A stretch of DNA of 64,000 bases from Eledone cirrhosa (Eukaryota). The DNA lies in assembly GCA_964016885.1 (NCBI GenBank), contig OZ024742.1:131564001-131628000 (forward strand). Reading direction: 5' to 3'. A program made the position numbers and the translations under genes. Under the pieces are notes generated by a model that was given only the letters and a program-made list of their open reading frames with translations, was not told where the DNA came from and did no database searches. This document shows positions 40,711 to 57,776 of this stretch, in pieces. Position 1 is the first letter of the stretch; each line of letters opens with the position of its first letter.

Positions 40711-42520
40711 ATAAGTATAAATTGACACATTACTTCTCAACATTTCACGCAACAATTTCATGCAACACTTCAGCAAATGTTTCATTAAAAGAAATTGCCT
40801 TTAAAGCCGTAATACAATTATTATTTTTTGGTTATTGTAATATCTAACATATACTCACATGGAAAAATAGACGCTGCTGAGAGTCATTATGAGTTGGCTC
40901 ATCAAAATAAAGGGGAACTCAATTATATCCCTAATTTGTTCTTTCGGTAAAGGTGTGGCAATAACGTCTTACAAGTGCAGTACGCTTTGTTCTATGCAGT
41001 TTCAAATAACCTGCAAAGATGATGAACGAATAACTTTATTACTAAACTCTAAACAATGTACACTATGAATACATGTTTGACAAGCTCCAAATACTAATGA
41101 TTGTAAATTTAATGTTGTTAATTTTTTACTGTAAATGTACTACATAGGAGACTGCTAATGAGACTTTATTACAACAGCCGACGAGGAATGCTATGTTGAG
41201 TCAATTTTGTCAGATCGTGTTTCAGTATTGCACATTTTACGTAAAGCTACATTGTCTAAGGTATTTTACTTCTCTCACCTAACAAGCAATTATGAATCCT
41301 TTAGCCATAATAAACTAAAAACTGTTGTCAGGCATTGATCACAGAACAAATTGATATAGCTAGGGAATACTTGATATTTATTATGAAAATGCCATACAAA
41401 ATTTGATTCAATATTAAAAAATTCCTTTCATGGTAATTCGATAGTATTTCGACATATTCCATTGAAATTTGTATTTGTGATGCCTTAATAAATAATATCA
41501 TTAAATAAATCTTAAAAAACAAAAGCAAACTGGAATATAGTTTCACTTTCCATGGTTGGGTTTAGATTTGTTATAATGTTGTACATATCAATAAATGCAG
41601 AATTCCCAGGGAAACATAATAGACTGTGTATTTCCTTCTTGCAAGTATTGCAGATATGTCTAATGTAGGTGATATAAAATACCAAAAGTATTGCATAACA
41701 TGACATTGGAAATATTATTTGTTAATATATTATTTCTATTTGTGTGAACATGTGGGGGAGTTGGTAGGGTGCTGGATAAATTGTATAACTCTCATCTTTG
41801 AAGTTATTATTAACGAAGGTACTCTTATAATTGTAGTCTCCTATATTTCTTTAAATCTTCCTTCTACCGTTCTAATGTAGATTCTGATGCCAGACATTTG
41901 ATTCTAGTTGGTGGAACTTTCTCGACCACGTTTATCACTGTCTTTGTTATATAACATCGGTTAAGGTGGACTTTCTTCCTGCCTGCAAACATATAAACCA
42001 CGCACATTTTGTAAGCATTTTATCAATTAAATCAGTACAAGATTTGATCTATTTTATCTGGCGTCATATCTCTAGTTTGGTGCCGCTGAATTGGACATAT
42101 TTCTTAAGAATCAAAGTAAGAGAATAAGCAGACACTCCCATCATGCTTGTGTACGCCTTGGTTTTATTCCATCACGTCTACCACAGTAATTACATTTAAC
42201 AGTTTGGTGCTTATTTAATAGATACCATTTTTGCCACACCGCTATGTTAAGGGACATAAACGCAAATATTGACAAAAACGCTCGCAAAGGTACGGAGAAA
42301 CACATACACACATATACACACACGCAGTCAAATACAAATTTGCGCATACACACACGCACGATACACGATTTTCTAGAGTATACGTGTATCCAATCTCAAT
42401 TATAAGGCATTGGTCACCAGAAAGTATAGAAATTTAAATTCCAGGCGGCGATCCTGGTTGCGAACTGAACTCCCTAACAACACACCAACACACTAACACA
42501 CACACCAACACACCAGCACA

Positions 42521-42601
<81 letters not shown>

Positions 42602-42688
42602 ACACATACACACACACACACACACACAGATATATATCTATATAAACATTACAGGCACACATCCATCCATCTATCTACTCTCTCCGTC

Positions 42689-42786
<98 letters not shown>

Positions 42787-45537
42787 TATATATAAATATA
42801 GATATATTACTCATATATGTCTGCGTCTTGTCTGAGTGTACGTGTGTAGTCAATGGTTGACAATAAAAAGTTCGAGTTGAAAGCATTCTTCTATTTAAAT
42901 GAAATAAAATTCTTAAATACGATTTTATACTTCCTGTTGGAAAAATTCTCATAAAATAACTGCAAATATATTTTGAAGTCATTTCTTTCAGTAATATCAT
43001 AAATTTAAGTATATGTTTCTTTTAATGTTCCTCATATTTCAAGATTTACTTTCTGTCAGCAGTTTTAGTTTGTTTTGAAAACATTTCTTGAGAAATATCT
43101 GAAATATAAACTTTCAAATTCTTGTGAGAATTGGTACTTAAACAACATTTTCTTTTCCTCGCATCTTTCTATCCAACTACCTTAGTTCTCCGTTCATGTA
43201 CCTGCGCTCTTGAATAGTCAACATTCAACTTGTTCACCAGGAAACAATTGCAGATTTATCACACTTTACTCTCTCGCCGTTGGACGCAGCTTTTCATTTG
43301 TCTCATATTGCTAGGCAACACAAACCACCGCACGTTATGGAGATCCTATTGCTTACAAGAGATGATAGTGCTAAAGGAAATACTGTAATTATAGTTGAAT
43401 AATCCTGGCAAGGTAAATATTTAACATTGTAGAAATATTACACTATCCCTGATATGATAGAAATTATACGAAGCGTCGAGGAAACCTTCTAGAAATTGAA
43501 ATTAGTAAATAATTTTTCGTTTTATTATATAAAAGAATATAGAATAAATAAAAGGAAGTTATACGAATTATCATTAGAATATGTAAGTAAGTTTCTAACT
43601 GATGGTATTGTGTAAACGGCGAGTGGTGTACGGCTTGATAATTATCAATTTGACAACGGCGTCATGCTGGTTGTTGTCTTATTTTGATGCTGTTGAAACA
43701 CAGGCGAATCCTGACGCATGTGAACGTTAGTTAAATGTGATCCATATAGAACAAGTGTCTTCTTCTCTCGGGTGTTGCATCATATTTTCAGGACGGCAGT
43801 GTGTATGGTGAGTGAAGTTTGGCAGTTATTTCATGCAGATCTGTGACCTTATAGAGACCCGCTCTCTTGTGGACTCGTTGTGCGGCTAGTAGAATTCAGA
43901 ACCTGTCACAGATTGATCTCTTCTATGAAGTTACACACCCTTAGAAGGACCCAAACTAAGAGCAACAAATTGGCGTCATTCTTTTTTAAAATATATCTTT
44001 GTTGATTTGTGTCATGACAGAATACAAACTATTGGTACCTTGTCCAGAATTCCCTCATATACCTACACTCACAAAGAAAGAACATAAAATAGTGTATAAT
44101 ATGTAAAATACAAATACATAAACATTAATAATTACCAAAATATACAATAGTTGTATAAAACCACCGCTGCTTACAACTGCAATTTTATTTCGTCAGCTTG
44201 CGCTTTTATAAGCCAAATGAACTTCTCTAACAAAGGTTAAATTGAGGGAAGGTTTCCAGATACAGTAGAGATACAGAGTATAATGATGGGATTTGAAATG
44301 TCGATCTTTCGTGCGATATCTTGACATGATAATAACGTGAGGACTTGTCAAGCATTCGTGATCATTTACGACATTTAACGCCCTCCTAGGATATAATTTC
44401 TGTTCTCCTAGTCCCGAATAGAGATTTGATTCATCTGGCTTAAAGATAACTCTTAAAATAACTTCTTTAAAATGATTACAGGTTTATTGACTCGTCACGA
44501 GAAGGAACCCAAAAGAACATAGAAATGAAGAAACGAATTTAAAACAAAAATATAATGTTAAAAATAGAAACAGATATTAAGTTTTACTCCAGGGAAAACG
44601 CTGAGATGGGAAGTTCGTGTTTTCAGGCCATTTTAATTATCCTTATCCTATCATAGATATTGTAAAAAATATAAAAAATGAAATGAAATAAAAAAATCTA
44701 TAAAATGCCATCAGTTGTGTTTAACCTCATCAAACTTAGGCACAAAGGTTATTTAATAAATACAAATACACACATTTACACGAACACACATGAACATAAA
44801 TGTAAATACATAATACTTATATATTATTTCCTACACAAACTTTAATATTTATTATTCAATGATATATTATGACCTCATTTACTGACCCAACATATTTTCC
44901 TTTCCTGATTGGCTAAAAAGGAAAGAAAGAAGAAACGCAGAAACACAAGTAAAATAAATATAATTAAAGCAAATTACTTCACAATAGAAAAAAATACCTC
45001 GCAAACCTTGAACTCAATATAAAAGTGAACGGGGAAAAAAAAATCAATGGTGAAAAAAAAAGAAACAGAAACAAACAATGGATGAATACAATCATTTTCA
45101 GTTATCTTAACCTCAATATATTGTGGTCAGAATATAATAAAAACTTTCTAGAATGGGTATTTAAACGCCGTATGCGATTGATCATAGAATAGGCGTTAAA
45201 GAAGTTTGCCTTTCATGTCATAACGCCATTGGCGAAACTATCAAATTGCATGCTATATTCAGTAAAGCAAAATCTCCCATCATCAGTTGTTTTTTTCATT
45301 TACTTCAGGGAAACAATACTAACACTATGTCCTTATCTATTTCGAAGAATTTTAGCTATTTGGGGATGTTTTTTTTGTCAGTAGAAGTAAGAAAAAGCAG
45401 CTTATAGTTTGTATCTCGTTTTGTTGATATAGTGAATAACTGCGGTTGGAATTACACTGAAACGGAACTTTCAAAAACCTAAATATAGAACAATATACAT
45501 AAAGGCAAACACGCACCTATACAAAATACTCACATAA

Positions 45538-48840
<3,303 letters not shown>

Positions 48841-48892
48841 AAAGAACTCAAATAAGAAAAACAGATTGGAAATCTAAGAAATCTAAAAGAAA

Positions 48893-48962
<70 letters not shown>

Positions 48963-48982
48963 TTTCATGTATTAGCCACAAG

Positions 48983-49019
<37 letters not shown>

Positions 49020-49966
49020 GAAGAAGAAGAACAACAACAACAACACCAACACCAACAACAGCAGCAACAATAAAAATAAATAATAATGAAAATAATAATA
49101 ACAATAGCAATGACGACGATAACTACGATGATGATAGCGATGATAGTGATTGTATTTATAATAATAAATAAATGAAGAAATAAATCATAAAATGTAGACT
49201 AAAGAAAAATGTGTGTGGGTAGGGGTTAATACGAAGAATATTATAAAGAATGAGAAATAAAAGAAATGTGACAATGCTTATAGACTGAAGTAATATAGAA
49301 ATAGTGATAGAGAAGAAGCAAGCAACAACTTGGGAATAGAAAGAAAATGAAAGAATGTATAAAGTTGGCGGTATTGGTGTAGATGGTGGTGCTAGTGATG
49401 ATTATGTTCGCGGCGGGTTGTGGTGTGAGAAGTAAGAGATGAGAAGTGACGAAGAAAATGAAGAATAATAGAAGAGGAAAACCCTGAGGTATATTGAAAT
49501 CAGAATGGAAAGGAAGTGAGAAAAAGCTCTGAAACCGAATAGGGAAGAAGAATGAAAAATATGAATAAAAGGTGATATCAAAGAGAGGAAACGATACTAG
49601 ATATAAAAAGAAGGAATTTGGACAGACGAACGACAAATTATAAAATGAAAAACTAATACAACTCACAATATTGTATACTGAAAAGAAAACGTGAAAATAA
49701 TAATAAAATCATAGTGCGATTGAAATAAGAATATAGGTGAAGAAAAAGGAATGAAATAAAGTGATAAAGAGGAGTGGAGGAAGAAAGAGATAGACTGATA
49801 ATGAGAATTAAAACAGAATGGATTAAAAATGAAAATTAAATGAACATTACACGAAATATAAAATTGAGTGAAGGAAACGGTCAAGATGTGAGAATAAAGA
49901 TAAAAAGGCTGAGCAAGAGATAGACGGAGAGAGATTGAAAGAAAGAAAAATAGGTAGACAGATAGT

Positions 49967-50028
<62 letters not shown>

Positions 50029-50422
50029 GGAGAGCGGGGGGAGAAAGATAGAAATAAAGTGGGAGAGAGAGAAAGAGGAGGAGAAAAAGAAGAAAGAAAT
50101 TGTTTGTAAGAAAGAAATTGTGAGGACCTTTCTACCTTTCACTGCAACTGTGTAGTGACCAGGCTGCAGAAATACATAAATGATAAATGCCTAGTAGGAA
50201 TGAATTATTCCCCAAAAAACTTCAATTAACACCCTGAAAATTATGCGAATAGAAGATTGAAATAGTGAAGTTAAGAACAGTGAAGAGAACATTGACGGTT
50301 GAGCGAATGAAGAACGGACAAGATAGATATATGAATAAATGAAATATGAGTTATGTGGAATGGAGGACTTAAAAAAAATGCGACAGGATAAAATAGGCGG
50401 TGAACTGTGACAGTGGTTTGAG

Positions 50423-50752
50423 CAGCGGTCCCCAACCTTTTGCGCACCACACCCCATCTCAACATCTCAAACATTGTTTGCCTCACTTTGATATAAAAAC
50501 AGCGATAATCAACTACAAAGTGCAAACAAATTGGCAAATGGGGGATGCCAGATGCACAATAACATGTGTGGAGGAGGTGAGACAGGAGTTTCCAGCAATA
50601 ATTTGTTCCAAATTTGACTTGATGTAAAAGTAATAGGATAGAATCTGAGGTTTGCTCTCATTAACATTATTTTCATATTGCCCCCTCCCCCCAACCCTTT
50701 AATATTCAAATTGTTCCCATGTGGGGAGAACGCCTTAAATTGGGAATTACTG
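50423..50752. mobile_element. hAT (Charlie-like) MITE, old
   Basis: Termini CAGCGGTCCCCAACCTTT and AATTGGGAATTACTG; 8 bp flanks GGTTTGAG and GGTTAAAG (2 mismatches). Confidence 0.65.
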
Positions 50753-51180
50753 GGTTAAAGCATCGGAAAAGACGGTTTGCGGTATCTGTTTATGTTTTTT
50801 TACTTTTGAATATAAATGTCATCGGGGTCACCTTTCATTCTTTCGGACTCGAAAAATAAAGTATTCTTAACATTGCTGAACTCATGCTTTTGTTTGAAAA
50901 AAATTGCATTATCCAGAAAAAATTATAAGGAAGTAATAATTAAATTATAATAGAAGGGAAAAAAATAACGTTGACTTAGTACATTCGATAGGAATGTTGT
51001 ATTGTTCTGTTTCTCTGCTCAGAGACTTCAAATTTCACTGAGGTGAAAAATGCTTTGAATATATCAGGTTTTGATAAATAATCAGTCGAGGATTACGTCG
51101 AATCTTCTTCCTTTGTCACTCCGCTTCCCCCTCTTTCTCTCTCTATCTATCAATCTAGTTATCTAACTATCTATCTATCT

Positions 51181-51270
51181 GTGATAACATTTTACACGTT
51201 TTTATTGTATGTAAACTTCCCCCTTTGTATTTGTCCCCTTCTTTTGTGCCCCTGTGGCTAATAAAGAAAT
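51181..51270 (+). mobile_element. Tx1-like 3' end remnant in (TATC)n
   Basis: TGTAAACTTCCCCCTTTGTATTTGTCCC...TTTTGTGCCCCTGTGGCTAATAAAGAAA aligns with 22619-22678; TATC repeats on both sides. Confidence 0.75.
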
Positions 51271-52852
51271 ATATCTATCTAATTACCAATCATTCTCTGA
51301 TTCTTTCCCTTTCTCTCTCTCCATCTCTCTATCTCTCTATATATTTCTCGGAATCGGCTACATTGCGTCGTGAGAAAGGTCGTCATGGGAAATCAACCTC
51401 GCACAGTGTATCTTTACTGTGAAATGAAGACGAGTTGGATGAGAGTGTAGGCAAATCCTATCATAGAAAAAAGAAAGCAACACATTCTACAAAAAAATCT
51501 GTTTAAGGATGGCCCGATGATGTGCAGTATAACATGGAACGGAAATATAAGAAAAGTGAAAGAAAGTAGGTGAACGAAGGAGAAAAATATAATAACACTT
51601 TGATAAAAGGACAGAAAAGAAAGACAGGGTTTGGAAAATATAGCAAGAAACAAGCAAAAAACAAGATTAGTGCTAAATAAGAAGAAATGATGTAGTGAGA
51701 ATGAAAGAAGAAAGTAAAAGAAAAGTAACAAACACGAGATGGAATGTAGAAAAAATGTGAATAAGGAGAGATTAGAAGGAGCTGTGTTTCTTGAGAATTT
51801 TCTTGAGAAAACCTTGCATGAATGAAGAAGTGAATAAATGTGTGATTAAGGGAAGGAACGAAGGACAGAAGGAAGGAAAAACGAACGCCAAATTTTGAAA
51901 GAGGCAAAAAAAGGAAGGTATAAATTATAGTGCTATAGGAGGAAAGAAACAATGAATATATTATAAGAGGTAGAAATAAGGAAGGAAATTATGAATAATT
52001 ATATGAAAGTAAAATGGGAAGAAAATAATTAATAGATATATGATAGAAGGGTGGGGGTTGGGGTGAAGAATGACTAAAATCACGTAAAGGATAAATTAAA
52101 AACGAGAAAAAATGAAAGAAAGGGAGATAAATGATGAAAGAATAGAAATCTACAAGAAAAATATACAGAAATTAGAAAAGAAAATAAGAGACAATAGAGG
52201 AAGGAAATACACGAAGAAGACACGGAGAAAACATTTTAAAAAATGAAAGAAAACAAGAACGAAAACAAAAAACATATAAAAACATGTAGAAAGGAAAGCA
52301 TAGAAATGTCAGAAAGGAAACAAAATAAGAAAATGTAAAATGTAAAACAATTCAAAGAGTCAGAGACGAGAAGGCATGCGTAAAAAAAATATGGACGAAA
52401 GAGAACAAAAAGAAATATGGAAGAAAGGTACTAAATACACGCATGCGTAACGAAGCAATGAGACTCACGCATTTACGTAAATAGCTGAAGCGCGCTAACA
52501 CCCTTATTACCTGTTAACATTTTATATATGCATGCACATACATGCACACTCGACACGCACATTAATGTACACGCACACACACACACACATATATATATAT
52601 ATAGAATAGCAACAACCGAAAAAGAACGGGCGGTCGAAATTCACACTAATTCACATTTCCAGGTACATAGGCACACATACACACACGCACGCGCGTGCAC
52701 ACATACACACACGCACGCACGCACATACACACACATATATATGTATTTGTGTGTGTGCGTATATCTATAGAACATATGTATATACAAATATTTGTATATA
52801 TATATGTGTGTGTGTGTGTCTATAGAATATATATATACATAAATATTTCTGG

Positions 52853-52978
<126 letters not shown>

Positions 52979-53456
52979 CAACATGTATAATATACACACA
53001 AATATACATGTTCTATAGATATACACACACATACACATACGTATATATACAGATGAACGCACACATATATACACACACATATTTACATATAAACACATTC
53101 ATTTGTTAATAAATATATACATGCAGACAATATAAAAGGGTGAAATCCTTGCTCACACAAAATCACATGCACCACAGTAGTATTTGATATCGGGCATGCC
53201 TAATTTTGGATGGATGGACAGAAATAGCGAGATTTCCTGATTGTCATTTCAGCGAAAGTGGTAGTCTCATTTTACGAACACGCATCTACAGTACACGCAA
53301 AACGACAGAAATGGATGCACATAAATTGATAACAATGAACGGAAAATACATACTATACTATACACGCACTAGAGTCGGAAGAGATATATTGAGTTTTCAT
53401 GTGTATGTATGTATTTATATATACATATATGCATACATACATACATACATATATGC

Positions 53457-53583
<127 letters not shown>

Positions 53584-53827
53584 CCCACATCTTACGTTAA
53601 CTACTTTTCCCATTTTGACGCTATAGTCACATATATATTATGGAATACTGTTGGCTTTTTGTTACAATATTTTCTATACCTTTCATTTATATATATGTAT
53701 ATATATATATATATATATATGTATATACAAATGGAAGTACAGCATATATGTATATATATATGTATATATATATATACATATATGTGTGTGTATGTGTGTG
53801 TGTGTATGTAGCAACCTTTACATCAGA

Positions 53828-53862
<35 letters not shown>

Positions 53863-53901
53863 ATATATACATACATGCATACATACATACATAGATACAT
53901 G

Positions 53902-53968
<67 letters not shown>

Positions 53969-54069
53969 GTATATATATATATATATATATATGTGTATAT
54001 ATATATATGTATATATATATGTAGCCAACTTTACATCAGACACACACACACATATATATGTACATATAA

Positions 54070-54244
<175 letters not shown>

Positions 54245-55085
54245 TATACATACATATATATATAACCAAAGAAAATGATGAGGAAAGGTGCACAACAAGA
54301 AGTAGTTGTAGAGAAATACATAAAAGTAAGATGATTGAGAAGATATAAAAGAAAGGAAAATAAGAATGGTTTGATTGTAAATAAGATATGGCTGACAATG
54401 ATGAAGAATATAATGAAATTGATGAAGATTATCATATGATGGCTGTTATATGAAGATGTTGCTTATGATGGTTATGACCATGACTAAGGAATGAAGATAA
54501 GGGAATGTATAGTTCACCCTCAGACGCTGATTATAATAACGAACAGGTGCTGGACCAGCATCATTTCCTATGTGCCAGTTGCCGGAACAAGGGAAACAAC
54601 ATGTTTCTAATATTAAAATAAAAGTTCGTGAGTATTCCACGTCAAGGTTAACCTTAATTTAGCTCTCAATGAGATGTCGCACGTGTCGAAGCTGGATTTT
54701 TGAATTACTGCTGAAACTCCTTTTTATTTCCCACCAGATGGCCAGGAACGACGTGATATAAAGTGACTTACGCGAGGACACAATGCCCCTCTGGGAATTG
54801 AACTCATGACCTTACGATGCACTTTCACTCAAGAGAATGTATACAAAGTCAGAAAAGTGTACATAACATAACATAAACAAAAATGTTTGATTTATTGGGG
54901 ATCATAAGATGCACTGATTTTTTAGTGGATATATCATATATCAGATAGACATGAATTCTGAATACGGTATATGATAGGGTATAGGGCTAGTATTATAAAG
55001 AAACAGCGTGAAACATGATTAAACATTATGTGTGTATCGATGTAAACATGTATGTTTGCATGTATGGCCGTATGTATGTATGTAT

Positions 55086-55632
55086 ATTCTTCTCGTTATA
55101 TAATTTCACAATATTTTGCCAATAGAGAGAGAGTCGGTTCTAACATAGACACAAGACTCTCTCATTGGAATTTACACATCAACTATGTAGATATGTCTGA
55201 ATGTCTGCATGCATGTGTAGGTATGGATGTTATTGTATGTGTGGATGTGTATGTTTTGAGTTGTATGTGCGCTTTGTATCTGTATGTGCAGTCTGTGTAT
55301 ATGCAGTTATTAGATGCAACATTTATGGTATGTTTTACATATTTTTAGTTCCATTAATGGATTGTACTTGTAATTTCCTAACTAGTTGTGTTATTTCTGT
55401 TCATATGAAGCCCAGCTTCTCAAGATTTGCATTGAGGCAGTTACTAACATATCCCAGTGTCCCAACAATCACAGGCATAAATCTGAAGGTATAATCAGGG
55501 TGGAGTATCTGCAGATTTCTCATTAGTTCTGCATAGATATTCTCCTTTTCGCTAATCTTTGATATTATATTGGCATCTGCTGGGCGCTAACTTCCACTAC
55601 TGTGCATGCCTTCTTATTCCTGTCCCATATCA
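55086..55632 (-). mobile_element. R4/Dong-like LINE family B, 5'-truncated (endonuclease C-terminus plus ~230 bp 3' UTR)
   Basis: Not in the ORF track. Reads WDRNKKACTVVEVS/PADANIISKISEKENIYAELMRNLQILHPDYTFRFMPVIVGTLGYV, homologous to family A; (ATGT)n on both sides. Confidence 0.85.
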
Positions 55633-55656
55633 TTATATCAATGTATGTATGTATGT

Positions 55657-57144
55657 AAAGATCATGTCCACAGTGCTACGCCCAGCCCGAAAGCCCGACT
55701 GCGACTCTGGTAGAGCTTCATCAGCAATGTGGAGCAATAGACGGTCCAACAGAATTGTACAGAGAACTTTGCCGACAAATGACAACAGTGATATCCCACG
55801 ATAGTTTCCGCAGTCATCCCTGTCTCCCTTTCCCTTGTATAAAACAACCATCACAGCATCCTTCCAGTCATCGGGAACATGATTGTTGTTCCAGGCATCC
55901 AGAACCAAAGAATGAAGTCAGGAGGTTCAATGCTAAGTCAAAGGTTCACTTGTCACCAATCAGGGATTTGCTTTATGCAGATGACTGTGACCTGGTAGCG
56001 CACACTGAGATTGATATGCAGCATCTCATGGATGCATTTTCTAAAGCGTGTATTGCATTGGGACTTACCATAAACCTGAAAAAGACAGTAGCCATGTACC
56101 AACCAGCTCCTGGGAAGCCATGTTGTGAGCCCAACATCTTGGTTTATGGTGAACGGCTAAGGGTCGTTGGCAGTTTTGTATATCTTGGAAGCACTCTGAG
56201 TATGTCCTGCGATCTTGATGGGGATACAAAAAGCCAGTGGTGCTTTTGGAAAACTGAACAAGCGTCTCTGTTCTCAACGCGGAATTTCGGTAAAGACAAA
56301 GCTCAAAGTGTATCATGCGTATGTGCTCGCGGCACATATTTATGCTTGTGAGACGTGGGTGCTCTACCGTAGACAGATGAAGCGACTTGAGAGGTTCCAC
56401 CAGTACTGCTTACGTCGGATCCTCGGCATAACCTGGCAAATATTTGTCAGTGACGTCGAGGTTCTAGACAGAAGTGGATGTGATAGTGTAGAGTCCTTGA
56501 TTTTGTACCATCAGCTGCGCTGGACAGGCCATCTTGTAAGGATGAATGACAAGCGAATGCCGAAGCAACTGCTTTATGGCGAGCTCCAAATGGGAAAAAG
56601 GAACGCGAGTAAACCCAAGATGCGTTTTAAGGACTGCATCAAGGGGGCGCTCAAGAAAAGTAACGTCCCTTGTGAGCACTGGGAAGCATGCGCTAGCGAC
56701 CGATCGCATTGGAGGAAAGCAGTGGCTAGTGGCAAGAGTCTGTTTGAGGAAACAAGAATAAGGCACGCGACACTAAAATGAGATGACCGGAAAGGAATCC
56801 ATGTTGGCCTTCCCGAAGGCACTGACAGACGGCCTGACCTGACATGTGAGACCTGTAATAGGGTTTGTCTGAGCATGGCAGGTCTAAAGAGTCACCTGAG
56901 AGTGCACAAGAACAGGGAAGCAGGCACCTGTGGAGCTATAAGTGTTCATCAGACGACGACATGTGATGTTTGTGGAAGGGTATGCAGGTCGCGTAGTGAT
57001 CTCACACGACACCTTGGGTCACATGGTACCATGGGTCCAGCACTAGGTGTCAATAATTGTCACAAGTGTAGTGTTTGTACCAGAGTTTTATACCATGGAT
57101 ATAAAGTAGTGGCCGTACTCGAAAACGAGTTGGCAGCCACCACC
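55657..57144 (+). mobile_element. RTE LINE (family 2), 5'-truncated with inverted 5' segment (55657-55917 on -), RT plus C2H2 fingers
   Basis: Minus strand: LHSLVLDAW..NYRGISLLS..PESQSGFR..DMIF. Plus strand: LLYADDCDL, YACETW, QLRWTGHL, CETC..H..H, CDVC..H..H. Ends in a 3' stem-loop then (ATGT)n. Confidence 0.92.
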
Positions 57145-57203
57145 ATGTATGTATGTATGTATGTATGTATGTATGTATGTATGTATGTATGTATGTATGT
57201 ATG

Positions 57204-57755
57204 TCGGGTCGTTGGCGACTAAACTGGCAACCCCACCAAGGTTTCTTGGTGAGGAGGGTGACTTTGGACATCCTGCAGGACTAAAAACAAAACCTGTCAA
57301 AGGGCAAGGGAGCTCTTAAGACTCAATAGCCATCCAAAATCACCGGGAGAGATGACCCCTTAGCCTTTGTCAAGGCAGAATTCTAGGAGAAGGAAAACTC
57401 TGATATAACACCTGCAACCCTGATGGTATCCAATGATGTTGACTTGTTCTTCTTTTTGGTAAATATCATCTTGGTTAAGAGAGTGGGACTGGCTTTGTGC
57501 AGTGCCTTTGCTCACTATAAAAGCTTCACAGCACAGGCATTGCTTTATATCTGGAGATCTCTCTGCACTTGTCATCACATGGTACCATAGGGGCCCCGCA
57601 CTATGTGTCAATAATGGTCACAAGTGTAGTCTTTGTACCAAAGTTTTCAAGTCGCTGGCTGGACTAAAAAGTCACATTCGTTCAGCGCATCGGTAGGGGT
57701 TCTCCTACATGGATATAAAGTAGTGGCCGTACTCGAAAACGAGTTGGCAGCCACC
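57204..57755 (+). mobile_element. Bipartite non-autonomous RTE derivative (5' UTR-like head fused to RTE 3' end)
   Basis: Head GGGTCGTTGGCGACTAA...CTAGGAGAAGGAAAACTCTGA. The 3' half matches 57020-57144 and encodes the CSLC..FKSLAGLKSHIRS finger remnant. (ATGT)n on both sides. Confidence 0.8.
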
Positions 57756-57776
57756 ATGTATGTATGTATGTATATA

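Noticed and set aside
49150-52430. Purine-rich strand giving F/S/L-rich ORFs on -
   Set aside because: Low-complexity GA-rich sequence with no domain signal.
56875-57696. Host C2H2 zinc-finger genes
   Set aside because: The fingers are contiguous with the RTE RT and 3' tail and lack TGEKP linkers.
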